DNA of 62,869 nt, counting the filler, from Diploschistes diacapsis (Eukaryota): the NCBI GenBank assembly GCA_023645945.1. It is 14 parts of 14 records of this genome, joined end to end, with 100 filler letters (N's around TTAATTAATTAA, not from the genome) between each part and the next. Parts side by side here need not be neighbours in the genome. Positions count along the whole stretch, not along the records: positions 48,496 to 50,005 come from JALAIB010002972.1; positions 50,106 to 51,615 come from JALAIB010002973.1; positions 51,716 to 53,225 come from JALAIB010002974.1; positions 53,326 to 54,835 come from JALAIB010002975.1; positions 54,936 to 56,443 come from JALAIB010002976.1; positions 56,544 to 58,050 come from JALAIB010002977.1; positions 58,151 to 59,657 come from JALAIB010002978.1; 7 more parts are not named here. The stretch is one strand, 5' to 3'. Position numbers and translations under genes: made by a program. Numbering within the stretch: position 1 is the stretch's first letter; every line of letters begins with the position of its first letter. Below, piece by piece: positions 48,970 to 59,657 of this stretch. The notes beneath the pieces are model-generated. The model was not told the DNA's origin. It saw nothing but the letters and a program-made list of their open reading frames with translations, and searched no databases.

Positions 48970-49470
48970 CCTAATACTTCTTAAGTTTGTCTTTATAATT
49001 AATTAAGTTCGACGAAGGTTTTTACGTGTTTTAACTTTTTGAGTATCTTTTTTATTTAATTCGATATTTGTTTTCTTTTACGTCAACGATCCTTTCGATT
49101 TTATATTCGTTCTCGTTATTTGATTCGAAATAGAAGGTTTTTTATAATGGTGTATCTAGGTGTGTTAATTCGAAGTATTTGGAATGGAATATTAAATAGA
49201 CCTTCGCATTTTTTAGTAACTTGAATCGATAATTAACTCGTTTGGTTTCCTCCGGTATGACGGGTTATTTGCCGATAAAGAAGGATTCGATTTTAATATG
49301 ATTTAGCTTCTTAAAGGGCCTGCGTGTTTTAAAATTGTTTATATATAGGTAGATTTTATTTCCTTCTTTTAGCTAAGGATTCTTCCTTAAGATCCTAATC
49401 TTTTTCGTATCGTTCAATGTTTCGTTATTAAGTGATTATGTATTTTAAATCTTTTTAACTTCTCTATATT
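48970..49470 (-). mobile_element. RIP-mutated gypsy/chromovirus integrase C-terminus and chromodomain
   Basis: Degenerate RPFKKL, VNYRFKL, VYLIFHSKYFE and EYKIERIVD...YRIK*KRY...NT*KP. Confidence 0.7.
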
Positions 49471-49519
49471 TGTTGTTAGGGTAGTATTCGGCTTATAATA
49501 ATAATTTAATTTAATTATT

Positions 49520-50005
49520 TGTTTGGCAACGTAATGGATATATTGAAGTCTAGAGGTCTATCTAGGAGATTATCCTACTTTACAGACTTTTATCCTTATG
49601 GGATACGCTAAGCCCTATTACCTACATTATTCCTAAACCGGTCTAGTTAGGATTCCAGAAGGTTCAGCTAAACTGAACCTTTTTCTAAAACTTAGTTAGA
49701 TTTTCAGCCATACCTTCTACCTGTCTGTTCAACATTCTTTCACAGGCGGAATCGTCCGGTATAACTATATAATTCAACTAGATATCTTTTGGACTAGATC
49801 GAGTCCTTTAATAAAGGCGTCGTGCTTCGAGTAATTTAATGGCTTCGTAAGCTTATCAGCAACCATTTTATCGATAAAGACATAAGATACTTTAATACGT
49901 CCCTGCTTAACTAGATTTCGTACGTAATGATAAACAATATCGATATATTTTAAACAATCGTTAATCCTTACGTGTTTTATTAAAAGAACCAATATTATCA
50001 TCGAG
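49520..50005 (-). mobile_element. Copia RNase H tail plus 3' LTR (49520-49734)
   Basis: KYIDIVYHYVR...MVADKLTKPL, followed by an LTR of family B. Confidence 0.88.
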
Positions 50006-50105
50006 NNNNNNNNNNNNNNNNNNNNNNNNNNNNNNNNNNNNNNNNNNNNTTAATTAATTAANNNNNNNNNNNNNNNNNNNNNNNNNNNNNNNNNNNNNNN
50101 NNNNN

Positions 50106-50461
50106 ATCCGTGTCCGTGCATTTACCGAAACACTTTAAATTATTTTTTTAATTTTAATAATTCTGGAATTATTACGCCTATTTCTCACGCTTTTATTTTT
50201 TTAAAAAAATTTCATTATAATGTTTCGATAGATTTACCGCAGTATTTCGATGGATTCACGGAAATGCAGTGTCCGTATCAGTATTAATGTTTTAAAATTT
50301 TTAATTATAGTATCCGTGTTCGTGCTTTTATTATAATGTAATATCCGTGTTAATGTCCGTGTTTTAAAATTTTAGCTGTCGTGTCCGTGTTAGTATCCGT
50401 GTTTTAAAATTTTTTGCTGCAGTATCCGTGTCAGTGACCGTGGCACGAAACGGCCAGCCTA
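50106..50461. mobile_element. Second copy of the GTGTCCGTGT-array transposon end
   Basis: Same terminal 30 or more bp as 22085-22114, with different outer flanks. Confidence 0.65.
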
Positions 50462-50469
50462 TCCGATAA

Positions 50470-51615
50470 GTTAAATAAAACTTATTAAACACGATTATAA
50501 GATTAATAAATTATAATCTAATATTAATAAAATTTATTTAAACGTTTCGACTCGTAATAACTCGATTTTAAATTATTAAAAATAATTCGATTTATTTCGA
50601 ACGTATTATACGCGATCTATTAAATCGAGTAATATAATCCGTTTTTTACGTCAACGCGTTTTTTAACGACGAAAATATTACGATATCGAATAATTAAAAA
50701 AGATAAGAATTATACGAAAGTAATATTATTAAATCGATTCGATTAGATATACAAAAACGAATAATATTAACGGTAATATAATTATTATAATCGTTTATAA
50801 TTAATAAACGACGCGTTTCGGGTCTATTCGATCTGATTAAAGGCTTAAAGATACGTATAAGTTATTAATAACCGTATCCATCTATTATTTATCTTTTATT
50901 ATTAGTACTAAACAACCAGTTTCGAGGCGTTTCGACTAAAATCCAGCTAATATTGATATATAATGCTTTAAAAATGATTATAAACGATAATACCCCGCCA
51001 ATAACTGAAATATATTCGATCATAATTACTTATTTTTATTTTTTTTTAATAATCTTTTAATTCGAGCCTGTTTAACTCGAAACGAAAACTTTAAAAAAAG
51101 AACTATTATTAATATTAAAACCTAACTCGTTTATATTATAAATATATTCGGGCGCGTATTGTTTCTTATTATATTAAATTATTATTATATCGAATCACCG
51201 TTGTATAACCTCGTAACTTATCGCATTAAATTTATTCGACTCGATCTATCTCGTCCAGATATTAATAATTTTAAAAATCGTTTGCGAAATCGCGATACTT
51301 AATTTTTATCGATAAATTAAAGATTCGCGATCGTGACTTCTAGATTCGAATCGAATCGAATTCTTTCGCGTCGAATCTCTTCGGCCATTTCTACTACCAA
51401 CGCAGGCGATGCAGGAAAGCCAGTTTATGTAAAACGTATAATTTATCGTACTAATATCTTTTCTTCAAGATTTAAAAGGATTTAACTCGATTCGTTATTA
51501 TTAGAACGTGATTGTATTTTAATGAATCGACGCATAATGGTTGAATAAGGAACTTTAAATGCGCGGGTAGCTTCTCGAACGTTGGTATATTATTAAGAAT
51601 TTAGGGCCTATAAAC
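50470..51615 (-). mobile_element. RIP-mutated Fot1/pogo transposase
   Basis: NVREATRAFKVPYSTIMRR (HTH), LEEKILVR*I and GFPASPALVVEMAEEI (CENP-B-type HTH). Confidence 0.72.
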
Positions 51616-51772
51616 NNNNNNNNNNNNNNNNNNNNNNNNNNNNNNNNNNNNNNNNNNNNTTAATTAATTAANNNNNNNNNNNNNNNNNNNNNNNNNNNNN
51701 NNNNNNNNNNNNNNNATATTATGATTATATAATTATTAATTAATTATGATTATTAATATTATATTATATTTA

Positions 51773-51982
51773 ACGTGTTCCACCACTTAACGGCCCACCC
51801 CACAAAACGGCTCACAATCCATGCACCTTCGTAAAATGTATTTCTTAACATTTTCACCTTTCGTACAAATAATTTCATGTGTGGTTATAGGGCTCAAAAG
51901 CTCGCTTAAAACTATCTAACGCATCTACATTATAATATAGTGAGCCGCTTTGTGGTGTGATCCGTTAAGTAATAAAACACGT
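51773..51982. mobile_element. MITE of the 21130 family, 210 bp
   Basis: TA-ACGTGTTCCACC...AAAACACGT-TA, with internal sequence shared with the other copies. Confidence 0.82.
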
Positions 51983-52029
51983 TATTACTTTTTTTGCTTA
52001 CGTAATATATTAATAAAAAAATAATTAGC

Positions 52030-52230
52030 CTCGCCATCTTCGCCGGTTTTCGCCAGTTTCGCTAGTTTCGCCAGTTTCGCCGGTTTCGCCGGTTTCGCCG
52101 ATTTCGCCGTGTTTTGCCAAACCTTTTGACGAAAGTTGGCGAGTCGCTTGAACGCATTATCTGTCGCCCACCTCGCCGGTTTCGCCAGTTTCGCCAACTT
52201 CGCGGATTTTCGCGGTGTTTCGCCGCCAAA
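52030..52230. repeat. 9-bp tandem array (TTCGCCRGT)n in two blocks
   Basis: About 8 units at 52039-52110 and about 6 degenerate units at 52172-52225. Confidence 0.85.
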
Positions 52231-52370
52231 AACTTTTCGTGATGTCACCGTACGGGCCGTATTTAGGTTAATAGATATAAAAGTCGTCGGACGAGAGTTC
52301 GAAAACGTAAACGTATAAGATTTAAAATTTAAATTATTAATTATTTTTTATTATTATACGAAATAAATCT

Positions 52371-52678
52371 TGTTTGGCAACGTAATGGATATATTGAAGT
52401 CTAGAGGTCTTATCCTATGAAGTATCCTACTGTGTAGACTTTTATCCTCCACTGTGTGCGTTAAGCCCTACTGCCCTAACCGGTCTAGCCAGAATCCCAG
52501 CAGGTTCAGAGAGGAAGTTCAGCTAACTGAACTTCCTAATTCAGCTTGACCTGAACCCTCCGGAATTGGGTCGAGCCTGCCATGCCTTCTACCTGTCCGC
52601 TTAACACTCCCCTACAGGCGGAATCATCCAGCATGTCTAGCCCAACTAGATATTTTTTGACCTAAGTCGAGTCTTAAT
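52371..52678 (-). mobile_element. Copia family B 3' LTR (52371-52606) with PPT and short RNase H tail
   Basis: TGTTTGGCAACG...CTTAACA, followed by CTCCCCTAC (PPT on the minus strand). Confidence 0.82.
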
Positions 52679-53325
52679 AGATTAATAGCTTCGTACGAAG
52701 TAACCCGCTTATTAGACAAGTTATCCTCCACTTTATTACCCTTTTTTTAATTGAATGGGTTTAGTTTAGTTCAGCCGAACTTCGATGATTGTTAAAGGTA
52801 TCGAATAGGGTTCAGTAGCGGTAAAGCTGAATATCGATATTAACGAAGGTTAAAAAGTTCCAGCGGCGGAGATAGCGTTTCCGCTGGATTTCGAAGGTTG
52901 TCGAGGAATCGATTAGATTTAGTAGAGAAGGTAGCGGTTCTGCTGGATGTCGAAAGTTGACGAAGGATCGAAAAGGATCTAGCAGCGAAAGTAGCGATTC
53001 TGTTGGATACTGAAGGTTGTTAAGGTGATCGATAGGATTTAACGTAGGTTTAACTGAACTTCGATTTTGGTCGAGAAGGAAGAAAGGAGATCGTTTTTCG
53101 TTGGTTTAGTAAATAATGAATCCGGGAACCAAATATTTCTTATTTAAGCTTATCTTTAGCCAGCGTAATAAAATCCCGCGATATTTTATAATAATATATC
53201 TTTTATTTTTGAATCTATTTATTCTNNNNNNNNNNNNNNNNNNNNNNNNNNNNNNNNNNNNNNNNNNNNTTAATTAATTAANNNNNNNNNNNNNNNNNNN
53301 NNNNNNNNNNNNNNNNNNNNNNNNN

Positions 53326-54265
53326 ATTTTCTACACGTACGATCATGGAATCATCTTTAATTAAAAATAGAATTATAATGATACTTTAGGCTATCAAACA
53401 AGATTTAAATCTTAATATAAAACGCGTATTTTAGATATATAAGATTCTCCGTATAACGATTATTGCTTAACGCGATGATCGTATTTTAAGATACGATATT
53501 TTAACTAATTTACTAAATTTAGATTTATTAGAAAAGGAAAGGATTTTTAAACGTACGATTTATTTAATCGAATATAGTTTTCCGTCGCGATAGAACGATA
53601 TACGCGATATAATTAATTTAATGCGCGTAGCTTAAAACACGCCGCCTGTCGGATTACGATAGGCATAAAACTTCGTACGATGGCAAGAAATATTTAAAAT
53701 ACGTTATTAGAAAATATTAATTGAAGATTTACGAATCGTACGAAACTAATTCGATCTCGTACGTAACGTGATTAATAAATATGGTATTCTCGATTCGGAT
53801 ACGACGAAACCGGCTTTTTTATGGGAATATTAGGCCATGTAAAGGTCGTAATTACTTTAAATCGTAAAAATAGACTTCGTACGAAGCAGCTCGGTAATCG
53901 AAAATAGATTTTTATTATTTAGATTATTTACGCGGACGATTATAGGCTGAATGATAATTCTTGAAATCGAGATCAAGATACTTCGTACGACGAATAAGGT
54001 ATTTAATAAACGAAGAAGGGTTAAAAAAACGCGCGTACGAGTTGAAGGATTAATTAACGTATTAGAAGTAATCGTATTATAGTTTTTAAAGATCGAAATT
54101 CGTATAAAAGAGGCTGATATATCTGAAAATAAAGGTCGTACGAAAGAGGTCGGATTGCGCGTACGACGTTATAATAAATATAATTAATCCGGGTATAATG
54201 CGCGAACTTATAAAATAAAATCTATAATTTCTTAAAAAGATATTAATAATTATAATAATAAATTA
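53326..54265 (+). mobile_element. RIP-mutated Fot1/pogo transposase fragment
   Basis: YDETGFFMGILG...RTKQLGNRK*IFII matches the Fot1 DETGF...QPGNREWVTVI motif. Confidence 0.78.
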
Positions 54266-54482
54266 TCCTACGTGGAACATCCTGAACGTTTGTGGGTTCA
54301 AGGGTTGAACCCTGGTAGGGCTGGTAGGGCTGGCACCCAGTATTTATATGTGCCCGGCTCCCACCTAGATAGTTCCTTCTTCACCTTTTCGAATCTGAAC
54401 CATTCAGCCTACAGATTGCAGCTACACGTGATCCTTCCAGATTAGGCTCAGCCCCTGGTTGTGTAGTATTCCTGTAGGGGCG

Positions 54483-54835
54483 TTCTAGTACGAATTAATT
54501 GCGTAAATATAATTATAACTCGTACGAATCGAGAAGGGTGTCCGTTCGCTATAAGTGTCCGCTCGCTATACATATACGTTATAAGAATAATCCGTCCGTC
54601 GTCCATATATGAATATAAGTTATTTTAATTAAAATTCTTCCGTAATCTTACCTTACACAATTTTTATCCCTATATAAGATTAACCTTCAGTCCAAAAACA
54701 TACATAACATATCCAAAATATATAACGCTATTACCTTAACGTATATGTATAGCGAGCGGACACTTATAGCGAACGGACACCCTTCTCGATTCGTACGAGT
54801 TATAATTATATTTACGCAATTAATTCGTACTAGAA
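54483..54835. repeat. Perfect 99-bp inverted repeat of a Fot1-type end (54483-54581 and 54737-54835)
   Basis: The arms are exact reverse complements around a 155-bp spacer. Confidence 0.9.
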
Positions 54836-55348
54836 NNNNNNNNNNNNNNNNNNNNNNNNNNNNNNNNNNNNNNNNNNNNTTAATTAATTAANNNNNNNNN
54901 NNNNNNNNNNNNNNNNNNNNNNNNNNNNNNNNNNNCGATAAGGTCTCAGTTTTGGTCAATAATGCAAAATAAAAATATGAATAATAAGTTATAAATAAAT
55001 ATTTTAAAATATTCGTGATTAACGAAACGATAATAAAGCAAGTACGTATTATTTAATTATACTTTTCTTGCGCCTAAAGTTCTTTTAATTTAATAAAAAT
55101 TAAACGTTCTAATCGTATAATTATTGCAATTCTATTACGTGTTTGACTCGTATATGACGAAATTATTGCTGCGTGATTAACTATTTATTTTTTTATACGT
55201 AACGAATTTACTATAATTTAACGTCCGAATATTCATATATTCGTCGTTTTTATATATACTTTTCAATAAATTCATATGAACTTTATTTTATTCCGCGATC
55301 ACATCTCGCTTTTAATAATTCCGAATGTTAGTTTAATTTAGTTTTAAT

Positions 55349-55640
55349 TATCGGAATATAAACATGAACTGCTGCTTGCTAAGTGGTGCGCATCTTTTGG
55401 CGTAGTAGTTTAGTTCAACAGGTTATGAGCCCGGGTAGCGCACTGCGCTGCATCCCCACCCATTTAGTTCAGAGGTCTGAGGTCGAGTCCCGCTCACGGC
55501 AGATTTTGATCTGGCTGGAAAGAACACAGATAAACAGTAAGAGCCGCAGAGCCACGTTTACGGGGGTGTGTCGGAATATAAACATGAACTGCTGCTTGCT
55601 AAGAGGTGCGCATCTTTTGGCGTAGTGGCTTAGTTCAACA
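55349..55640 (+). mobile_element. TRIM: miniature non-autonomous copia-type LTR element, 292 bp
   Basis: 72-bp direct repeats at 55349-55420 and 55569-55640 (TG/TA...CA, 4 differences). PBS GGTTATGAGCCC directly follows LTR1 and GGGGGTG precedes LTR2. Flanks TTAAT/ATAAT form an imperfect 5-bp TSD. Confidence 0.88.
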
Positions 55641-56543
55641 ATAATTATATATCAAATTTTGAATAATTATTATTATCTTTTCTAAAATAAAATATTCGAA
55701 TGCCCGAATCGTTTTAACTTTTATTTCTATTTTAGTCTATCCGTTCGTTCTTAAGGTTATTTAACACGATTTCTTAAAAAATGTTTTATATAATCGTTCC
55801 TTCTTTTATCTTTTATACCTTCGTTATAATATCGGTTTATTAATCTCTTCTATTTAATAGTAAATGTCTATATAACGTAAGTAGTTCTAACGTTTAGAAG
55901 TAATGAACTAAGAACTAGAAAACACGATATATAGAATTTCGGGTCGGAAACGTTTTATTTCTTATCGACTAAGATACGTGGGAGAAGATGCTTAAGCAAG
56001 TAATTCAATTAATAAAAGAAACTGGAATACAAGGGTTTAGAACGAATGCTCAACGAAAGACCCGAGATACCAAATTTATACCGCAATTGAAAACCGACTT
56101 TAAAGATTAATTCCCTAATGATGTCCTCCCTTAATATATAAAAATAGTCTGCGAGTACGTTTTCAAGACTATACAAAAGAATAAAGGACTTATGAACAGA
56201 ACGACGTTTTTTAAAGAACGTTTCACGCCAATAAACCTAAATTCTTTCCTTTAATCGCTTATCAGTATCAAACACCGCCTATCGTAAGACTTGATAGGAC
56301 GTAGTGATACTTTAAATCTTATTCTAGATCCGGAATAAAAGTTCATTATTAAAACGCCGAAGGTTCTTTTGTTAATCTATAGATTATACGACATTTTTAT
56401 AAAGAAATTATAAGAAAAAGCTTAAATATTTAAAAATATAGATNNNNNNNNNNNNNNNNNNNNNNNNNNNNNNNNNNNNNNNNNNNNTTAATTAATTAAN
56501 NNNNNNNNNNNNNNNNNNNNNNNNNNNNNNNNNNNNNNNNNNN

Positions 56544-57456
56544 ATCAAGAAGTAATCGGTAGTATTATATATATAATAATTTACATTAAATCAGACATTA
56601 CCTCCGTAATAAAAAAACTTAATTAATACATAAACAACCCTTACCTTCATTATCTTTATATACTTAAGGGACTACTTCGGTATATTCGAAAAACTAAAGA
56701 TACGAAGATTTAATTTTTAACTAAACCTAAACTTAAACTTTTAAAATTACGAAAATATTCCGATACAAATTATAAAAAAAATAAAACAACCCGAAAATCT
56801 ACGTATAGACATATCTTTCCACTATATAATGGCTTAATATCATAAATAAATAAAAAATAGAATTCAATTTCTACCTCGACCACTAAAATTAATTATGTTA
56901 AACTATCTTAAACCGCAAAACAGGCCGTATAATACGCATAGTTCTTAAAAAATATTAAATATTTAAAATTTATAAACCCATCTCCGTTTACTATCAAGCT
57001 ATTAAGAAACAATAATAATTCTTTAGATCTAATAAAACACGCGAGGGTCAACGATAAATCAAAATATATCGATATTACCTTTTATTATATACGGGACCTA
57101 ATTAAACGAGACCGTATTAATATTATCTACATATCTATTAATAAAATAATTATTAACGGATTAACAAAACCACTAAATTATGCCAAGCATAACATGTTCA
57201 TTATAGAATTTAAATTAGTATAGAAGGCATCTAGCTAAACTAAATAAAAATACCGATGATTCCGCCCGTCGAAAAGTATTGAACAGGCAGGCAAAATGCA
57301 TGGCTGGGAAGTTCAACTGAACCCACTTAGGTTCCTGCTAATCCGGATTGGGAGTAGCGCAAGCCTGTAGGGCTTAGTGGATCCCATAGGTATAAAGGCT
57401 TGCATGTAGGTTATTCCTCTGAGATAGATCTTCAGACTCAATACATACGTTGCACA
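56544..57456 (+). mobile_element. RIP-mutated copia RT/RNase H and 3' LTR (57277-57456)
   Basis: KSKYIDITFYYIRD...NGLTKPLNYAKH, then a diverged family B LTR ending GTTGCACA. Confidence 0.82.
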
Positions 57457-57755
57457 AAAGATACGTTTATTTTCGATGATTTTTTTTCGCGAAGTTTCCA
57501 CTGTTATTTATGGTTGCGATTCCGTTGTTATCTCGTTATTATTTAATAATTCCCGTCGGGATAAAATAATAGTATTCGTAAAATCTACGGCTGTTTATTT
57601 TTTTTATAATTTATCGTTTTATACGCGGTTTTTTGATATCTCGGAATGTTATCGCGGTTTTCTAATTTCTTTTCGTTATTGTATCGGACCATTACTTATT
57701 AAAGGATAAAAGATTAAAACTATAAAGAACGATATATAATAATATAATAAATATA

Positions 57756-58050
57756 GAGTAGCCGACCACCATATGAGACGTACCACCATATGAGACGCTT
57801 TTCGTATGTTACTCGCATTCAACGCGTAATCACATCGTAACAATTATTTAAAATGCTTAATGAACTATCTGATCGTGAAATTTATATAACGTGTTTGACG
57901 GGGATTCCGGCCACCCCCCGATTCCGGCCACTTTTGCCAAGAACTAGTTTCAATCTTCAATAATTCTTCGAAATTAATCGTTATTTTTATATTTTTTTCA
58001 GAACATTACTTTTTAATCAATTATCTATCATATGTAAAAAGTGTATGTTG
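57756..58050 (+). mobile_element. Two nested pogo/Fot1-like 5' ends
   Basis: The end at about 57756 has ACCACCATATGAGACG twice. A second end at 57889 (TA-ACGTGTTTGACG) has GATTCCGGCCAC twice. Confidence 0.55.
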
Positions 58051-58348
58051 NNNNNNNNNNNNNNNNNNNNNNNNNNNNNNNNNNNNNNNNNNNNTTAATT
58101 AATTAANNNNNNNNNNNNNNNNNNNNNNNNNNNNNNNNNNNNNNNNNNNNAATTAGTTATTAACGAATCTTAAAAAATATATATAAAGGCGAGAATAAGC
58201 TCGATTTATATTAAGGATCGAGATAGTAACGATATAGATCGAGTTAATTATTTAATTTATTTTAATAGGTAAAGAAAGGATTATGAAGGTGGCTCTGGGG
58301 GACTAGAGCAAGAAAGGGAGAGATAATTGTAAGGTTAAGCAAGGAGCA

Positions 58349-58508
58349 TGTTAATAGTCGGATAAGCGGTATTCAGGGTCTTGGCTTGCGGGTACTTGAA
58401 GGGGGATTTTGCCCTTCTTACTCTCTCCTCTTCTTTAGTAATTAGTCCTAGCATGAACCTGCCCTGCGTGCAGCCATCTTGCCACATTGTCGTATTCCAC
58501 ACTTAACA
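58349..58508. mobile_element. LTR-like element, about 160 bp
   Basis: TGTTAA...TTAACA termini; GC-richer island in AT-rich flanks. Confidence 0.5.
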
Positions 58509-58519
58509 CAATAATTACG

Positions 58520-59657
58520 ACTCGAGTTCACCACGTACAAACTTTCGGACGATTAATTAATCATAGATATCTAGGTATATTTAATTCGTATTTAAAAAAA
58601 AATTAATATTATTAAATTAAATCAAAAGTTCAATATTAGACCAGTTTTTTAATAATTATTGACTAATCTTTTATTATTTTATAACACGTTAGTTAACGGT
58701 ATTAACGTTTAGATCGAAAGAATCGACTTAAAAAACGTGAATTATGATAAATGACTAAATAAGCTATCCGACAAGTAAACGAGCTTGAAGACTAAGATTG
58801 CTACATATTTTAGCGACAGGCGCTACGATAGTAATAAACGCTTTAACGATAAGCGAAACACCAGTCAACGACGCGTTAATAATAAGCCTATGACGAACCG
58901 CCAAAGCAGGATACGCTTACCTGAATCAGACAATTGTTTTTTTTGTGGAGACGATTATCGCGTATCGAAATGTTCTTTCGCTTAGGAATTCCGTAAGCTT
59001 ATTATGATAAGAAAGAAGTTTACCCGCAAACATCGTGGCTATAATACGGAGTAAGATAGCTCTTCCGAAGATAAGGATAGTTCGGTTAAATTTAAACCCG
59101 AATTTAAACCTTAATTAGAATATGATGATGAAGTTGGTAATATAGCAATGGATGCTATTATTAAAAATAAAACTATTCTTAATAAGTGGATTAATGATAT
59201 TAGCGTTTTATTACATATAACTAACCAGCTGCATCTGTTTAAAAAATTAATTCTTATTCGAAAACGACGAATTAAAGTCGGGGAAGGAATACTCTATTTA
59301 GACTACGCTGGAAAAGTTAGGATGAAATATGGTAGTAATATTTTGTATTTAAGATATATTATGTATGTTTTAGGATTAAAAGCGAACCTCATATCGGGGT
59401 AAAAGTTATATAAAACAGACCTACGGGAAAGTTTTGATCAAAATAACTTATATCTACATAATGGCGAAGGACGAATCATTCTTACGTGCAAGAAAAAGAA
59501 TGGAGTCTATTACACAAACAAGATTACCAAAAAAGAACATACATATACTACAAAAGATAAACGTGGAGCTCTAAAGTAACAGATAACTTAAGGCAGTACG
59601 TCTCGACAATACATCTAAACTAATATCCATTATTGAAGATTAAGGAAGAAGTTTAGG
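58520..59657 (+). mobile_element. RIP-mutated copia gag-protease relic
   Basis: Zinc knuckle CFFCGDDYRVSKC. Protease region WINDISVLLHIT...IKVGEG...MYVLGLKANLISG. Confidence 0.78.

Noticed and set aside
51985..52248. ORF with AKLAKPAK repeats
   Set aside because: It is a translation of the 9-bp DNA array, with no evidence of coding.
55398..55500. tRNA gene or SINE
   Set aside because: No cloverleaf could be folded, and the LTR-PBS-PPT structure explains the locus.
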